A stretch of DNA of 64,000 nt from an uncultured Verrucomicrobiae bacterium (GCA_963756875.1 CAVWPA010000003.1:1720365-1784364), one strand, 5' to 3'; shown: positions 40,744-51,023, numbered from the stretch's first letter. Numbers and translations: made by a program. The notes: generated by a model from the letters alone, not told the origin.

Positions 40744-40825
40744 TGTCATGGCGAGCGAAGTCGAGACATCTCTCGTTATTGTCTGGCGACCAGCAAAAGA
40801 TTCCTCGACTTCGCTCGGAATGACA
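40744..40825. repeat. TGTCAT...ATGACA palindromic element
   Basis: TGTCATGGCGAGCGAAGTCGAG ... CTCGACTTCGCTCGGAATGACA. Confidence 0.8.
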
Positions 40826-40834
40826 GAAACCGGA

Positions 40835-41299
40835 TCAACAGCTGCTATTTCGTGGCGTTGGATCCGCCTTTGGTAATGCCGCTTCGCGCAACGGGCGATT
40901 TAAATCGTTTTTGACCCGGTCGAGGATGCCGTTGACAAACCGGCCGGAGTCCGTACCTCCGAAAGTTTTTGCCAGCTCGATCGCCTCGTTGATTGAAACC
41001 ACGGGCGGAATGTCGTCGCGGTAAAGCATCTCGTAGATGGCGAGCCGCAGGACGTTTCGATCCACCGCCGAAATGCGGTTGAGATTGTAATTCTCGCAAT
41101 ATTTGCGGACTCGTTCGTCGATCTCCGGCAAATGCGAGACCATTCCTTCGATGAGCGGTTGCGCGAATTCGCGCACGCGCGGAGTGGCCGGACAAAATTC
41201 CCAAAAATCATCGATCCGCTCCGGCCCTTCGCCGTGCTGCAGATCGCGCCAGAAGTGGTACTGGATGGCCGCCTCGCGCGCTCTTCGCCGTTTACCCAT
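40835..41299 (-). CDS. nusB: Transcription antitermination factor NusB
   Basis: RRRAREAAIQ, VDRNVLRLAIYE, INEAIELAK, FVNGILD; ATG at 41299. Confidence 0.95.
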   Translation of the reverse strand: MGKRRRAREAAIQYHFWRDLQHGEGPERIDDFWEFCPATPRVREFAQPLIEGMVSHLPEIDERVRKYCENYNLNRISAVDRNVLRLAIYEMLYRDDIPPVVSINEAIELAKTFGGTDSGRFVNGILDRVKNDLNRPLREAALPKADPTPRNSSC

Positions 41300-41300
41300 G

Positions 41301-41780
41301 CTAATTTTCCTGACGTAAGCCGGCCAGGACACCGGCAATCTGGACAGCCGCGCGCGCTGCTTCGGTTCCGCGATTGATTTTCTTTCCAAGACAACGCTCC
41401 TTGGCTTGCGCGTTGTTGTCCGGACTCAACACGTTGTGAATGACAGGCACGCCGTGATCGAGCGCGATACGCTGCAACGCCTGCGTGACAGAGCGAGCCA
41501 GATTTTTCGCGTGGCTCGTTTTGCCTTTAAGAATGACGCCGATTGCGATAATGGCGTTCGCTTTCCGTTGCAGCGCAAGTTCGCGAACGACGATTGGGAT
41601 TTCAAATGCTCCGGGGACGCGGTGGACCGAGACAGCCGCATCCGGGGCTAACGCGCGCAACTCTCTCATTGCATGATCGACAAGGCCCTCGACGTAGCGC
41701 CGGTTGAATTGACTGGCCACGATCGCAAAGCGGAGTCCGCCTACGATGGGCCGGAGGCGAGGTGGCGCTATCTTCGACAT
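41301..41780 (-). CDS. ribH: 6,7-dimethyl-8-ribityllumazine synthase
   Basis: AIVASQFN, VPGAFEIP, GVILKGKTSH; directly upstream of nusB. Confidence 0.92.
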   Translation of the reverse strand: MSKIAPPRLRPIVGGLRFAIVASQFNRRYVEGLVDHAMRELRALAPDAAVSVHRVPGAFEIPIVVRELALQRKANAIIAIGVILKGKTSHAKNLARSVTQALQRIALDHGVPVIHNVLSPDNNAQAKERCLGKKINRGTEAARAAVQIAGVLAGLRQEN

Positions 41781-41853
41781 GTTAATGCCTTAAATGCATT
41801 AACATTGCGCTCTGGGCAACAACGCGCGTTTGCAAACGCTTATTCAGCAAATC

Positions 41854-42306
41854 TCAGGCGTTCCGGTCCGAAGATGGGATGGAAACCGCGATGCCGGCAA
41901 GCAGGAAAATCATCGCGGCTGAGAAAAGGCAGTAATGACAGAAAGCGTGCAGCAAAAACGCCTGCACAAAAAGCAGCCAAAGAGTGACGGCGAACATCGT
42001 CCAAACCATGAGCGAAAAAAATCGTCGGGCGAAGGCGTGGCCGAACGCCGCGAATATGGCGCAGCTGAATGTTCCGAAGTAGGCGAGAGCGCCGAACAAC
42101 GCCAACGGAATGCCGGCTATTGTCGCGTATTGACTGCCGAGAACGCGAAAGCAATCAGCCGATCCGCCGCAGACGGCCGTCTCGCCTGTCAACGAAAGGA
42201 CGGTGAGATACGTTGCTTCAGCCAATCCGGTCAGCGATATCAAAGCCGCCGCGGTGTAAAAAACAGTCCAGATACGCGATTGAGCCGCCGTGATTGATTG
42301 TTCCAT
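41854..42306 (-). CDS. Vitamin K epoxide reductase (VKOR) family protein
   Basis: CGGSADC..VLGSQY and CHYC motifs; TM helices. Confidence 0.9.
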   Translation of the reverse strand: MEQSITAAQSRIWTVFYTAAALISLTGLAEATYLTVLSLTGETAVCGGSADCFRVLGSQYATIAGIPLALFGALAYFGTFSCAIFAAFGHAFARRFFSLMVWTMFAVTLWLLFVQAFLLHAFCHYCLFSAAMIFLLAGIAVSIPSSDRNA

Positions 42307-42309
42307 TTC

Positions 42310-42981
42310 TTACGAGGAGGGCTGTTTTGCTTTGACAGCAGATTCAACTTCCGCGTGCAGCGCTGTCGGATTTAACGATTTTGGATTGATCGCACGATTA
42401 TTAATGAAAATCGTGGGCGTGTTTTTCACGCCTAACGAAGCGCCTTGCGCCTGGTCCGTCGCAACCCGCGCCTGGGCTTCCTGGCCGTTCATATCCCTCT
42501 TGAAACGCTCGGCGTCCAATCCCAGCAACTCGGCATAGGCAACGAACAATTCGCCCGCATCTGTCGCGTGACTCCAGACAGATTGCTGCCGGTAAAGCAG
42601 GTCGTGCATTCGCCAGAATTTGCCCTGCAATCCGGCTGCTTCGGCAGCAACGGCCGCCTCGCGTGCATGGGAGTGAACGGCCAGCGGAAAATTCCGAAAG
42701 ATCACGCGTAAGTTCGGAGAGAACTCTTCTTCGAGATGGCCGATGGGTTCCGCCAGAATGCCACAGGGCGGGCATTGATAGTCGCCAAACTCTTCGAGTG
42801 TCACCGGTGCGTTCGCGGGGCCAAGGATGTGAGCAGAGTCGCCGCCTTGCACGCCTGCGGCGGATTGATCGGTAGAGATAGCAAGGGTGGGGGGACGCTT
42901 TGCGCGATAAAGAATCGCGCCGCCGCTGAGCATCAACAACCCTACCGCAATGACGATGACAAGGGGAAGATATCGTCTCAT
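42310..42981 (-). CDS. DsbA-family thiol:disulfide oxidoreductase
   Basis: TM anchor; EEFGDYQCPPC; FRNFPL; GVKNTPT. Confidence 0.9.
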   Translation of the reverse strand: MRRYLPLVIVIAVGLLMLSGGAILYRAKRPPTLAISTDQSAAGVQGGDSAHILGPANAPVTLEEFGDYQCPPCGILAEPIGHLEEEFSPNLRVIFRNFPLAVHSHAREAAVAAEAAGLQGKFWRMHDLLYRQQSVWSHATDAGELFVAYAELLGLDAERFKRDMNGQEAQARVATDQAQGASLGVKNTPTIFINNRAINPKSLNPTALHAEVESAVKAKQPSS

Positions 42982-43083
42982 CAGAAGTAAACCTCGGACA
43001 TATATCTCGCTTTCATCAAAACGCGAGCAATGCCGAGCCGTAAGCGGCGGCGCCGACGGGCCGCCGGTAATGGCAAACCGAAA

Positions 43084-44301
43084 CTACAGCAGGTGACCCA
43101 GCTTGACCTTTTTCGTCTCGAGATATTTTGCGTTGTGCGGATTGGCTTCCGTACGAATCGGCACCTGTTCGACCATTTCGAGCCCGTAACCCTCCAGACC
43201 GACCACTTTCTTCGGATTATTTGTCAGAAACCGGAATTGTCGCACGCCGAGATCGAAGAGAATTTGCGCGCCGAGGCCGTAATCCCGCAGATCGCTCGGA
43301 TAGCCGAGCTTTGCGTTGGCCTCCACCGTATCGAGCCCTTGCTCCTGCAATTTGTAAGCGTGAATTTTCGCAGCAAGACCGATTCCGCGGCCTTCCTGGC
43401 GCATGTAAACCAGCACCCCGTTTCCTTCCTCCTCGATTTGTCGAAGCGCGGCGTGCAGTTGATTACCGCAATCGCAGCGGCGCGATCCGAACACATCGCC
43501 TGTCAAACATTCGCTGTGTACCCGCACCAGTGCCGGTTTGTTCTTGTCGATCTTTCCCTTCACCAGCGCCAGATGATGCATCCCGTCGAGCTTGGCTCGA
43601 TACAAATGTAAATTGAAATCGCCGTAATCGGTCGGCAGCCTTACCACCTGTTCGAGTTCGACCAGCTTTTCGCGTTTCCGCCGGTAAGCGATCAAATTTT
43701 GGATCGAGCAAATCCGCAGCCCGTGCTTTTTGCGGAACTCCATCAGCTCCGACAAGCGCGCCATGGTTCCGTCATCGTGCAAAATTTCGCAAAGCACACC
43801 CGCCGATTGCAATCCGGCCATGCGCGCAAGATCAACAGCCGCCTCGGTATGACCTGCGCGGCGTAACACGCCGCCGTCTTTTGCGCGAAGGGGGAAAACG
43901 TGCCCGGGTTGCGTCAAATCTTCCGGCGACGATTTCGGATTGGCGATCGCCAGAATAGTGGTCGCGCGATCGTAGGCGCTGATGCCGGTGGTCACTCCGC
44001 GCGCCGCGTCCACCGAAACAGTGAAATCGGTCCGCTGGGCCTCGCGATTTTGCGTGACCATTCGTTGCAGACCCAGTTGCTCGGCGCGCTCGTTCGAGAT
44101 CGGCACGCAAATCAAACCACGCCCGTGCGTCGCCATGAAATTGACCGCTTCCGGCGTCACCTTCTCCGCCGCCATCACCAGATCGCCTTCGTTCTCACGG
44201 TCGGCGTCGTCGGTCACAATCACCATGCGCCCCTTGGCGATATCGCTCACAACATCGTCAATCGCATCGAACTGAAACGTCTCCACGGCCTTCGTAATCA
44301 T
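43084..44301 (-). CDS. ribBA: Bifunctional DHBP synthase / GTP cyclohydrolase II
   Basis: DRENEGD, GHTEA, RVHSECLTGD..SRRCDC, QEGRGIG, LTNNP. Confidence 0.96.
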   Translation of the reverse strand: MITKAVETFQFDAIDDVVSDIAKGRMVIVTDDADRENEGDLVMAAEKVTPEAVNFMATHGRGLICVPISNERAEQLGLQRMVTQNREAQRTDFTVSVDAARGVTTGISAYDRATTILAIANPKSSPEDLTQPGHVFPLRAKDGGVLRRAGHTEAAVDLARMAGLQSAGVLCEILHDDGTMARLSELMEFRKKHGLRICSIQNLIAYRRKREKLVELEQVVRLPTDYGDFNLHLYRAKLDGMHHLALVKGKIDKNKPALVRVHSECLTGDVFGSRRCDCGNQLHAALRQIEEEGNGVLVYMRQEGRGIGLAAKIHAYKLQEQGLDTVEANAKLGYPSDLRDYGLGAQILFDLGVRQFRFLTNNPKKVVGLEGYGLEMVEQVPIRTEANPHNAKYLETKKVKLGHLL

Positions 44302-44448
44302 CGGACCTACTATTCTAACGGTGGGGCGAGACCGAATGCAACTCCGCCTCGCAGCGAGCCGACGAAATGTCGATGCTGTTACTCCTCTTCTTGATCATGC
44401 TCATGATCATGATCAAGGGATCGATCAGGATCACACACAGGGCGAAAT

Positions 44449-45276
44449 CTACTTCGCGCTACTCGCCACGATTGCTTCCGGCCGGTACATATCGTGGTTG
44501 CTCCCCTGAAATTCGGCTTTCAGTTTTACTTTGAACTTTGCCAGATCGACCAGGTCCCAGCGCGTAAATTTCCGTGGTTCGTCCTTCTTTCGCGGCGCGT
44601 GTTCGAATCCCACGACAAAATGCACCGCGTCGTCGCGCACTTTGTTGGTGGCGTTTTTTGGTTCGAAATAGAACGTTCGAAAAGAACTGTCGCGACTTCC
44701 GGTCGCATAAAGTTTCGGGTCGAGATAGAAAACGCGTTTGCTGGCAAGATCGACAATGCGCAGGTCGGGGTAACCGGACCGCTGTACCCTGCCGTCAGCC
44801 GTGCGCGGAAAATCGCAGCTCAGTCCCGGCGTCGAGTTGAGTAGCGCACGCAAAGTGTCTTCAAAATGACTGCTCACTTCGTTGATGCGCCCGACTTTCT
44901 GAATCGGACTGTCTGGCGCGTTCAATTGTCTCATTGTTTCGCCACAAGCCTCGCTGATCTGCTTCACCACATGCTGGTCGACTTCATTTTTCGGATCGTA
45001 AGGCAGCACCTTCTTGCCGGTCGTATCGAAAATGACTTTGCTAAACGGCACTCCGCGCAATTGCCGATCTTCGCCCAGCAACCAGGGGATGAGTTGGTCC
45101 ACCGGCGCTTTGGCTGCACCCGATTCCGCTGTAGCCGGGGGCGATGACCCCGGCTGCTCAGCGGTCCGCGCCATCCCTGCGCACGCGAGTACGATCATCG
45201 CGAGCAAATAGCCGGTTCGCGAACTCGCAGAAGCCCGAAGATCACGCAAATAACGCTTCGTCTTAATTTTTAACAC
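44449..45276 (-). CDS. Putative exported PD-(D/E)XK nuclease-fold protein
   Basis: Basic N-terminus plus hydrophobic LLAMIVLACAG; RINEV...E, SGYPDLRI...YLDPK. Confidence 0.6.
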   Translation of the reverse strand: MLKIKTKRYLRDLRASASSRTGYLLAMIVLACAGMARTAEQPGSSPPATAESGAAKAPVDQLIPWLLGEDRQLRGVPFSKVIFDTTGKKVLPYDPKNEVDQHVVKQISEACGETMRQLNAPDSPIQKVGRINEVSSHFEDTLRALLNSTPGLSCDFPRTADGRVQRSGYPDLRIVDLASKRVFYLDPKLYATGSRDSSFRTFYFEPKNATNKVRDDAVHFVVGFEHAPRKKDEPRKFTRWDLVDLAKFKVKLKAEFQGSNHDMYRPEAIVASSAK

Positions 45277-45325
45277 GTTTAACGCACTCGACTTATTGCC
45301 GCCCCGCTTCTAATAAGCTCCCGAA

Positions 45326-46117
45326 ATGAGCACAACTACTAAAATCAACAAGCGTTCACCCAAATGGTACGGCTGGCTGCCGGATTTGCCCGACCATCGC
45401 GATTTCCTTTACTCGGCCATCGCCCCGAAAATAAAGAAGCTTCCGCGAAAAATCGATCTTCAGAAAGAATGCTCGGCGGTCGAGAACCAGGGTTCGCTCG
45501 GTAGTTGTACCGCCAACGCGCTTGTTGGCGCGCTGGAATTCCTGGAAAACAAGGACCGCGTGCGTTTTGTCGATCTTAGCCGGCTGTTTGTGTATTACAA
45601 CGAACGCGTCATCGAAGGCACCGTCGATCAGGACAGCGGCGCATTTCTTCGTGACGGGATCAAATCATTGGACAAGCAAGGAGTCTGTCCCGAACCGCAA
45701 TGGCCTTATATTATAGATCAGGTGATTTTCAGGAAGAAGCCGACCGCAACTTGTTACCGTGCGGCTAAAAAGCGCCGCATCCTTTCTTATCATCGGATTA
45801 ACACCGTTGACGAAATGCGTACCTGTCTGGCTGAAGGTTTCCCATTCGTGTTTGGATTTACGGTCTATGAATCATTCGAATCGCAGGCAGTTGCCAGATC
45901 GGGCGTACTGAACGTGCCTGCGGCCAGAGAACGAGTCGTGGGTGGCCATGCCGTAATGGCGGCGGGCTATAGTGACAGGGACCGAAGATTTATCGTTCGA
46001 AACTCGTGGGGCGCAGACTGGGGAAAGAAGGGTTACTTCACAATTCCTTACGCCTATCTCTCCAATCGAGATCTCTCGGACGATTTCTGGACCATCCGTT
46101 CCGCCGAACAAGACTAA
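45326..46117 (+). CDS. Papain-family (C1A, xylellain-like) cysteine peptidase
   Basis: YGWLPDLPD, QGSLGSCTAN, SRLFVYYNER, GGHAV, RNSWG. Confidence 0.92.
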   Translation: MSTTTKINKRSPKWYGWLPDLPDHRDFLYSAIAPKIKKLPRKIDLQKECSAVENQGSLGSCTANALVGALEFLENKDRVRFVDLSRLFVYYNERVIEGTVDQDSGAFLRDGIKSLDKQGVCPEPQWPYIIDQVIFRKKPTATCYRAAKKRRILSYHRINTVDEMRTCLAEGFPFVFGFTVYESFESQAVARSGVLNVPAARERVVGGHAVMAAGYSDRDRRFIVRNSWGADWGKKGYFTIPYAYLSNRDLSDDFWTIRSAEQD

Positions 46118-46285
46118 CTCTTGCTCCTGCTCATTATCGAGAGCAGATCTTTGCAGCCACGGCGCTCTGTCGCCGTGTCGTTCTTGCTCCCAAAACATTC
46201 GATCAAGAGCATGAGTTAACAATGTTCTTCTCAGTGCGCCTGCCCGCCTTTACAATACGCGGGCAAGCTTAAAGCGGCATCTTGC

Positions 46286-46675
46286 ATGAACTTCCTGGTC
46301 GCGCTCGTTGGTTGGCTGATTATAGCCATTGGTGCGTTGGGCGTTATCCGCCCCCATCTCATGGCCGAGTGGATCCTTGCGATGCCGGGTGAAGTCCGAT
46401 TTTATCTCACTGTCATCATCCGGTTGCTATTGGGCATTCTTCTCATTGTCGCCGCCCCCAGATGCCGTCTCCCGCGATTCTTTTACGTTTTTGGCGTGAT
46501 CATCGTGTTGGCAGCCGTCGCACTCTTCTTTTTTGGACCAGTCCGGCTTGAATCGATCATTCGACAGATTTCCAGCCTGCCCGGCGTGATCATTCGGTTG
46601 TTATATGCCGTGACAGTCCTCTTCGGGGCTCTCCTGGTCTACGCCAGCGCGAGGCGGGGCCCGAAACAGTTGTAG
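46286..46675 (+). CDS. Small four-TM membrane protein
   Basis: Four hydrophobic segments in 129 aa. Confidence 0.7.
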   Translation: MNFLVALVGWLIIAIGALGVIRPHLMAEWILAMPGEVRFYLTVIIRLLLGILLIVAAPRCRLPRFFYVFGVIIVLAAVALFFFGPVRLESIIRQISSLPGVIIRLLYAVTVLFGALLVYASARRGPKQL

Positions 46676-46688
46676 AACTCAAACCGCG

Positions 46689-47678
46689 CTAAGGAACCCT
46701 GCCTGAAGGCGTAGGCGTCGGAGAAGCTCTCCTCCGGCCAGTCGTTCGCTTTCCACTGTAGGAAGATGTTGGCTTGGTGACTGTCTTGCGAGTCCGCTTT
46801 CCACTGTAAGAAGAAGCCGATGTTTGCGTGGTCGGCTTGCGGGGTTTTTTAGGATTCTTAGGATTGACCACGGTGCCACCGGGACCAGAAGGGCGCGGGG
46901 ACGTAGCGGGCCGCCCAGGCGGATGGCCTCCGCCACCAAAGCCAGCACCGCCACCAACAACGCCTCTCGGTGGGTGACCGCCCACCGGTCTTCCGGGATA
47001 AACAGGTTCGCCAGGTGCGCCGCTTTCTTGATCCCGAATTACCGCAAGAATCAAACTCTGACTTGGCAACGGTGGAAAATCCGTGATGAGCGGATTCGTC
47101 TTCATGATTCTGCGAAGATCGACGTTCACCGGCTTTGGAAGCCGGGTTGCTCCTGCTTTCACGTCCAACATTTGGCCGGCTCGCACGTACTCCGAATGCC
47201 TGGGGTATTTTTTCAGTTGAGCTCTCGCGCCTCCTTCCATGACAACCAAATTGCTCCAGCCCGCCCGGTTTCCTCTAAAAATAACTGTCGTCCCGGTGAT
47301 CGCGACCGTCACAGCGCTGCCGTTGATTGTCGCGCCTCCGGAATCCTTCGGCACGCGCAACAGCATCGAGCCGCTTCCCATGTCCGCGGTTCGCCCGGCA
47401 TGGTTGAAATGGAAAAGCGTGTTCGCGCCCAAACGCGTAATTGTCAGATCGGCGAAAGTCAGTTCTGAACGCGACCTGTCGCCGGTTCGCACCCCCGTGT
47501 TTTCCTGAACCGTCGCGTTGATCACTGCCGGCTCGGCTTCCGACTGAGGCGGCACAATTTTAACGTCTCGAATAATTCGTGTAACGCGCGCTTCGTCTTC
47601 CGCCGTGCTGGCGGCGATGAGGCAACCGGCAAAGACCAGGCCTGTAGTCGCCATTGCAGCTTTACCGAAAAATTTCAT
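46689..47678 (-). CDS. FecR-domain protein with a low-complexity basic tail
   Basis: VRTGDRSRSELTFAD..TRLGANT, VAITGT, VMEG; duplicated SSYSGKRT in the tail. Confidence 0.78.
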   Translation of the reverse strand: MKFFGKAAMATTGLVFAGCLIAASTAEDEARVTRIIRDVKIVPPQSEAEPAVINATVQENTGVRTGDRSRSELTFADLTITRLGANTLFHFNHAGRTADMGSGSMLLRVPKDSGGATINGSAVTVAITGTTVIFRGNRAGWSNLVVMEGGARAQLKKYPRHSEYVRAGQMLDVKAGATRLPKPVNVDLRRIMKTNPLITDFPPLPSQSLILAVIRDQESGAPGEPVYPGRPVGGHPPRGVVGGGAGFGGGGHPPGRPATSPRPSGPGGTVVNPKNPKKPRKPTTQTSASSYSGKRTRKTVTKPTSSYSGKRTTGRRRASPTPTPSGRVP

Positions 47679-47746
47679 CGATTCGATCCGCTAAGTCGTG
47701 GACTTGAGCAATATGGTACTTGTCGCGCGCAATTCAAACTGTCGAC

Positions 47747-48985
47747 TTAGGCCGGCGCCACATCCACCGCTTTTTCCAGGAGCGGCACGACGGTTAGAAA
47801 CGATTGCTCATTGCGGGCGTGCACGAACAACAACGGCTCGTCGACGTCCACATGCTCCCCGATCTTTTTGATGGCGGAGAAGCCGACCGCGAAATCAACC
47901 GCGTCGCCGGTCCGTTGTCGGCCCGCTCCCAGCAAAACCGATGCGCGTCCAATCAATTCGGCATCCATTTTTTTTACCGTGCCGTTGGATTGCGCGCGCA
48001 AGGGCCGAACGATTGGAGCCTTGTAAAGATCGAGCATTTTTTCCAAGGTTGTGGCATCACCGTCCTGTGCGTAAACCAGAGAGATAAACTTTTTCCACGC
48101 GCTGCCGTCTTTCAGTCTCTGTTCTAACTCCGTCCGCGGCGTCGTCGAAACTTTCTCGGCAAGATCCAGACTCAGCGTGATCAGGTCGTTGGGACCACTG
48201 CCGCGTAAAACTTCGACGCACTCGGCGACTTCGAGCGCGTTGCCTACCGCGCGGCCGAGTGGTTGGTCCATCGGGGTGAGCAGGTGCGACATTTTCACGT
48301 TCATGCGTTCGCCGACGTCCGTCATCGCCGCGGCGAGTTGCTCGGCCTCGTTCTTCGTCTTCATAAACGCTCCGTGGCCAAATTTCACATCAAGAACAAG
48401 GCGATCGAGGTTCTCCGCGAGTTTTTTGCTCATAATGCTTGCCACAATCAATGGCTGCGACGGCACGGTGCCGGTCACGTCGCGCAAGGCATAAAGCTTT
48501 TTGTCGGCCGGGCAAATGTCCGCGGTTTGTCCGATCATGAAAACGCCGATCTTATCGAGTTGTTTCAACGCGCGCTTTTCATCGAGGTGCACATTGAACC
48601 CCGGGATGCTTTCCAGCTTGTCGAGCGTGCCGCCTGTGATGCCGAGGCCGCGTCCGGAAATCATCGGGACCCAGACCGGATCGCACGCCAGCAACGGCGC
48701 GAGCACGAGCGAAACCTTGTCGCCCACGCCGCCGGTGGAGTGCTTGTCGATCTTCGGCGGCGAACTTTTGGAATATTTCAGCACGCGCCCGCTGCGCATC
48801 ATCGCCTGGGTCAGTTCCTGGGTCTCGGCGGCAGTCATTCCTCGAAAGAAAACCGCCATGGCCCAGGCGCTCATCTGGTAATCGGGGATTTCGTCGCGGG
48901 TAAACGAATCGATCAGGAACGCGATCTCTTCGGCGGACAGTTCGTGACCGTCGCGTTTTTGTTCGATGAGGGACGGAACGTGCAT
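47747..48985 (-). CDS. pdp: Pyrimidine-nucleoside / thymidine phosphorylase
   Basis: DKHSTGGVGDK, SGRGLGITGGTLDKLESIPG, SIMSKK, DVKFGHGAFM. Confidence 0.93.
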   Translation of the reverse strand: MHVPSLIEQKRDGHELSAEEIAFLIDSFTRDEIPDYQMSAWAMAVFFRGMTAAETQELTQAMMRSGRVLKYSKSSPPKIDKHSTGGVGDKVSLVLAPLLACDPVWVPMISGRGLGITGGTLDKLESIPGFNVHLDEKRALKQLDKIGVFMIGQTADICPADKKLYALRDVTGTVPSQPLIVASIMSKKLAENLDRLVLDVKFGHGAFMKTKNEAEQLAAAMTDVGERMNVKMSHLLTPMDQPLGRAVGNALEVAECVEVLRGSGPNDLITLSLDLAEKVSTTPRTELEQRLKDGSAWKKFISLVYAQDGDATTLEKMLDLYKAPIVRPLRAQSNGTVKKMDAELIGRASVLLGAGRQRTGDAVDFAVGFSAIKKIGEHVDVDEPLLFVHARNEQSFLTVVPLLEKAVDVAPA

Positions 48986-49069
48986 TGAGTTCGTAAAATG
49001 ATTGGCAGGGCGCGTCGTTCTGGGCGCCCACTTATCTGGCGGCGCGGCCCCGGACGGGCGGTCCCTGAT

Positions 49070-49969
49070 TTACAAGCCAATCGGATGCCATGCCGTCTTC
49101 ATTTCCACCGTATCGAGGATCCAATACGGGTTTTCAGCGGCGCGGCCGGCCCACATCGGGAAGGTAAGATCGCGGCGGACGTAGCGTTTCACGTTAAATT
49201 CGCCGCCGCTTTGCAGACGGGCACCGATTTTTGCGTCGCCGCTGGCATCGACAATGGCGTTTACGTCCATGTGGCCGGCGATATGCGGGGCCAGTTCGGC
49301 ACGGTCCCCCGCAATCACGTTGATTACGCCACCGGGTAAATCGCTGGTGGCGATGATCTCTGAAAACGTGAGCGCGGGCAGGGGTTTAGTGCTCGAGGCC
49401 AGCGCGATCGCGCAGTTCCCGGTCAGAATTACCGGTACGACCAATGAAACAAATGCGAGCAACGGCGGTTCATCGGGGCAAATGACGACCACCACGCCGG
49501 TCGGCTCGGGAGTTGTGAAATTGAAATGCGAAGATGCGACCGGATTCACCGTGCCAAAAATCTGGCTAAACTTGTCCGTCCATCCGGCGTAATGCACCAA
49601 CCGATCGATGGCCATGGTCACTTCGGATGAAGACCTTGATTTCTCCTTGCCATCGGCCCGGGCGATTTCGTTTTGCAGCTCGCTCCTGCGCATCTCCAGC
49701 ATTTCCGCCGCGCGATACAAGATTTGCCCGCGCAAATAGGCACTCTGTTTGGACCAGTTAGGAAATGCGCTGCGTGCGGCGACTACTGCATCTCGAAAAT
49801 CTTTTCTCGAAGCGCGGCAGAAATTCGCAAGGAGATTGCGGTTTCGACCAAGCGCCGGGAGGACGCGTCCGTTTTCGCCGCGAACGAATTTCCCGCCAAT
49901 ATACAGCTTGTAGGTTTTCTGGACTTGAAGTCGCGAGCGGGTCTTGGGCACGAAGGGAGGATTGCGCAA
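49070..49969 (-). CDS. Short aldehyde dehydrogenase-family protein (NAD-binding part only)
   Basis: KTYKLYIGGKF, YAGWTDK, EPTGVV, DLPGGVINV; about 299 aa; no catalytic-domain GQxC. Confidence 0.82.
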   Translation of the reverse strand: MRNPPFVPKTRSRLQVQKTYKLYIGGKFVRGENGRVLPALGRNRNLLANFCRASRKDFRDAVVAARSAFPNWSKQSAYLRGQILYRAAEMLEMRRSELQNEIARADGKEKSRSSSEVTMAIDRLVHYAGWTDKFSQIFGTVNPVASSHFNFTTPEPTGVVVVICPDEPPLLAFVSLVVPVILTGNCAIALASSTKPLPALTFSEIIATSDLPGGVINVIAGDRAELAPHIAGHMDVNAIVDASGDAKIGARLQSGGEFNVKRYVRRDLTFPMWAGRAAENPYWILDTVEMKTAWHPIGL

Positions 49970-50090
49970 ACCTGGAAAAAAGAAAATGCTAAACCGCAGC
50001 GGCGGAAAGCTGCTGGCCCTGGGCCAACTGTCGCGTTGGTTGCGTCTGACACACGGCTAAAGCAGGGTGTGCATTGGATTCACGCTTTTC

Positions 50091-51023
50091 ATGAACAAAT
50101 CGGAGAAGATATTTCTGGCCGGTCATCGCGGCATGGTTGGGAGCGCAATCCAGCGCCGCCTGGAAGCTGATGGTTTTTCCAACCTGATTACGCGGGATCG
50201 CGCTCAACTCGATCTGGCGGAAGGAAGCGCTGTCGCGCAATTTTTCGCGAAACAAAAACCGGCCATTGTGATCCTGGCCGCGGCCAGGGTCGGCGGCATT
50301 AAAGCGAACAACGATTTTCCGGTTGAATTCCTACTCGATAATCTGCGGATCCAAAACAGCGTCATTCGGGCCGCGCATGAAAGCGGCGTTCGCAAACTGC
50401 TTTTTCTCGGTAGTTCCTGCATTTATCCGAAGCACGCGCCGCAACCGATTCCTGAAAACGCTCTTTTAACGGGACCGCTTGAGCCGACGAACGAGGCCTA
50501 TGCCATCGCGAAGATTGCCGGAATCAAGCTTTGCCAGGCATTCTCTCGCGAGTACGGCGCGAATTTTATTTCCGCCATGCCGACAAATCTGTATGGGCCT
50601 AACGATAACTTCGATCTGGAAACGTCGCACGTCCTGGCGGCACTCCTGCGTAAGGCGCACGAAGCCAAAACCACTGGCGCGCGGCGGCTGGTCGTCTGGG
50701 GATCTGGCGAGCCGCGTCGTGAGTTTTTACACGTCGACGATCTGGCGTCGGCCTGCCTTTTTCTCCTCGATAAATACGATTCGCCGGAAATTATCAATGT
50801 CGGTTGCGGCGAAGACATTTCGATTCGCAAATTGGCCGAGCTGGTTTGCGACGTGGTCGGTTTCGATGGCGAACTGGCGTGGGACAAAACAAAGCCGGAC
50901 GGCACGCCGCGGAAGCTTCTCGATATGACCCGGCTGCACGAGCTCGGTTGGCGTGCAGCGACTCCGCTTCGGGATGGGATCGCGCGGACGTACGATTGGT
51001 TTCGAAAGAACTGTGCCGGTTGA
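50091..51023 (+). CDS. fcl: GDP-L-fucose synthase
   Basis: AGHRGMVGS, AARVGGI, GSSCIYP, YAIAK, MPTNLYG, REFLHVDD; ATG at 50091. Confidence 0.95.
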   Translation: MNKSEKIFLAGHRGMVGSAIQRRLEADGFSNLITRDRAQLDLAEGSAVAQFFAKQKPAIVILAAARVGGIKANNDFPVEFLLDNLRIQNSVIRAAHESGVRKLLFLGSSCIYPKHAPQPIPENALLTGPLEPTNEAYAIAKIAGIKLCQAFSREYGANFISAMPTNLYGPNDNFDLETSHVLAALLRKAHEAKTTGARRLVVWGSGEPRREFLHVDDLASACLFLLDKYDSPEIINVGCGEDISIRKLAELVCDVVGFDGELAWDKTKPDGTPRKLLDMTRLHELGWRAATPLRDGIARTYDWFRKNCAG

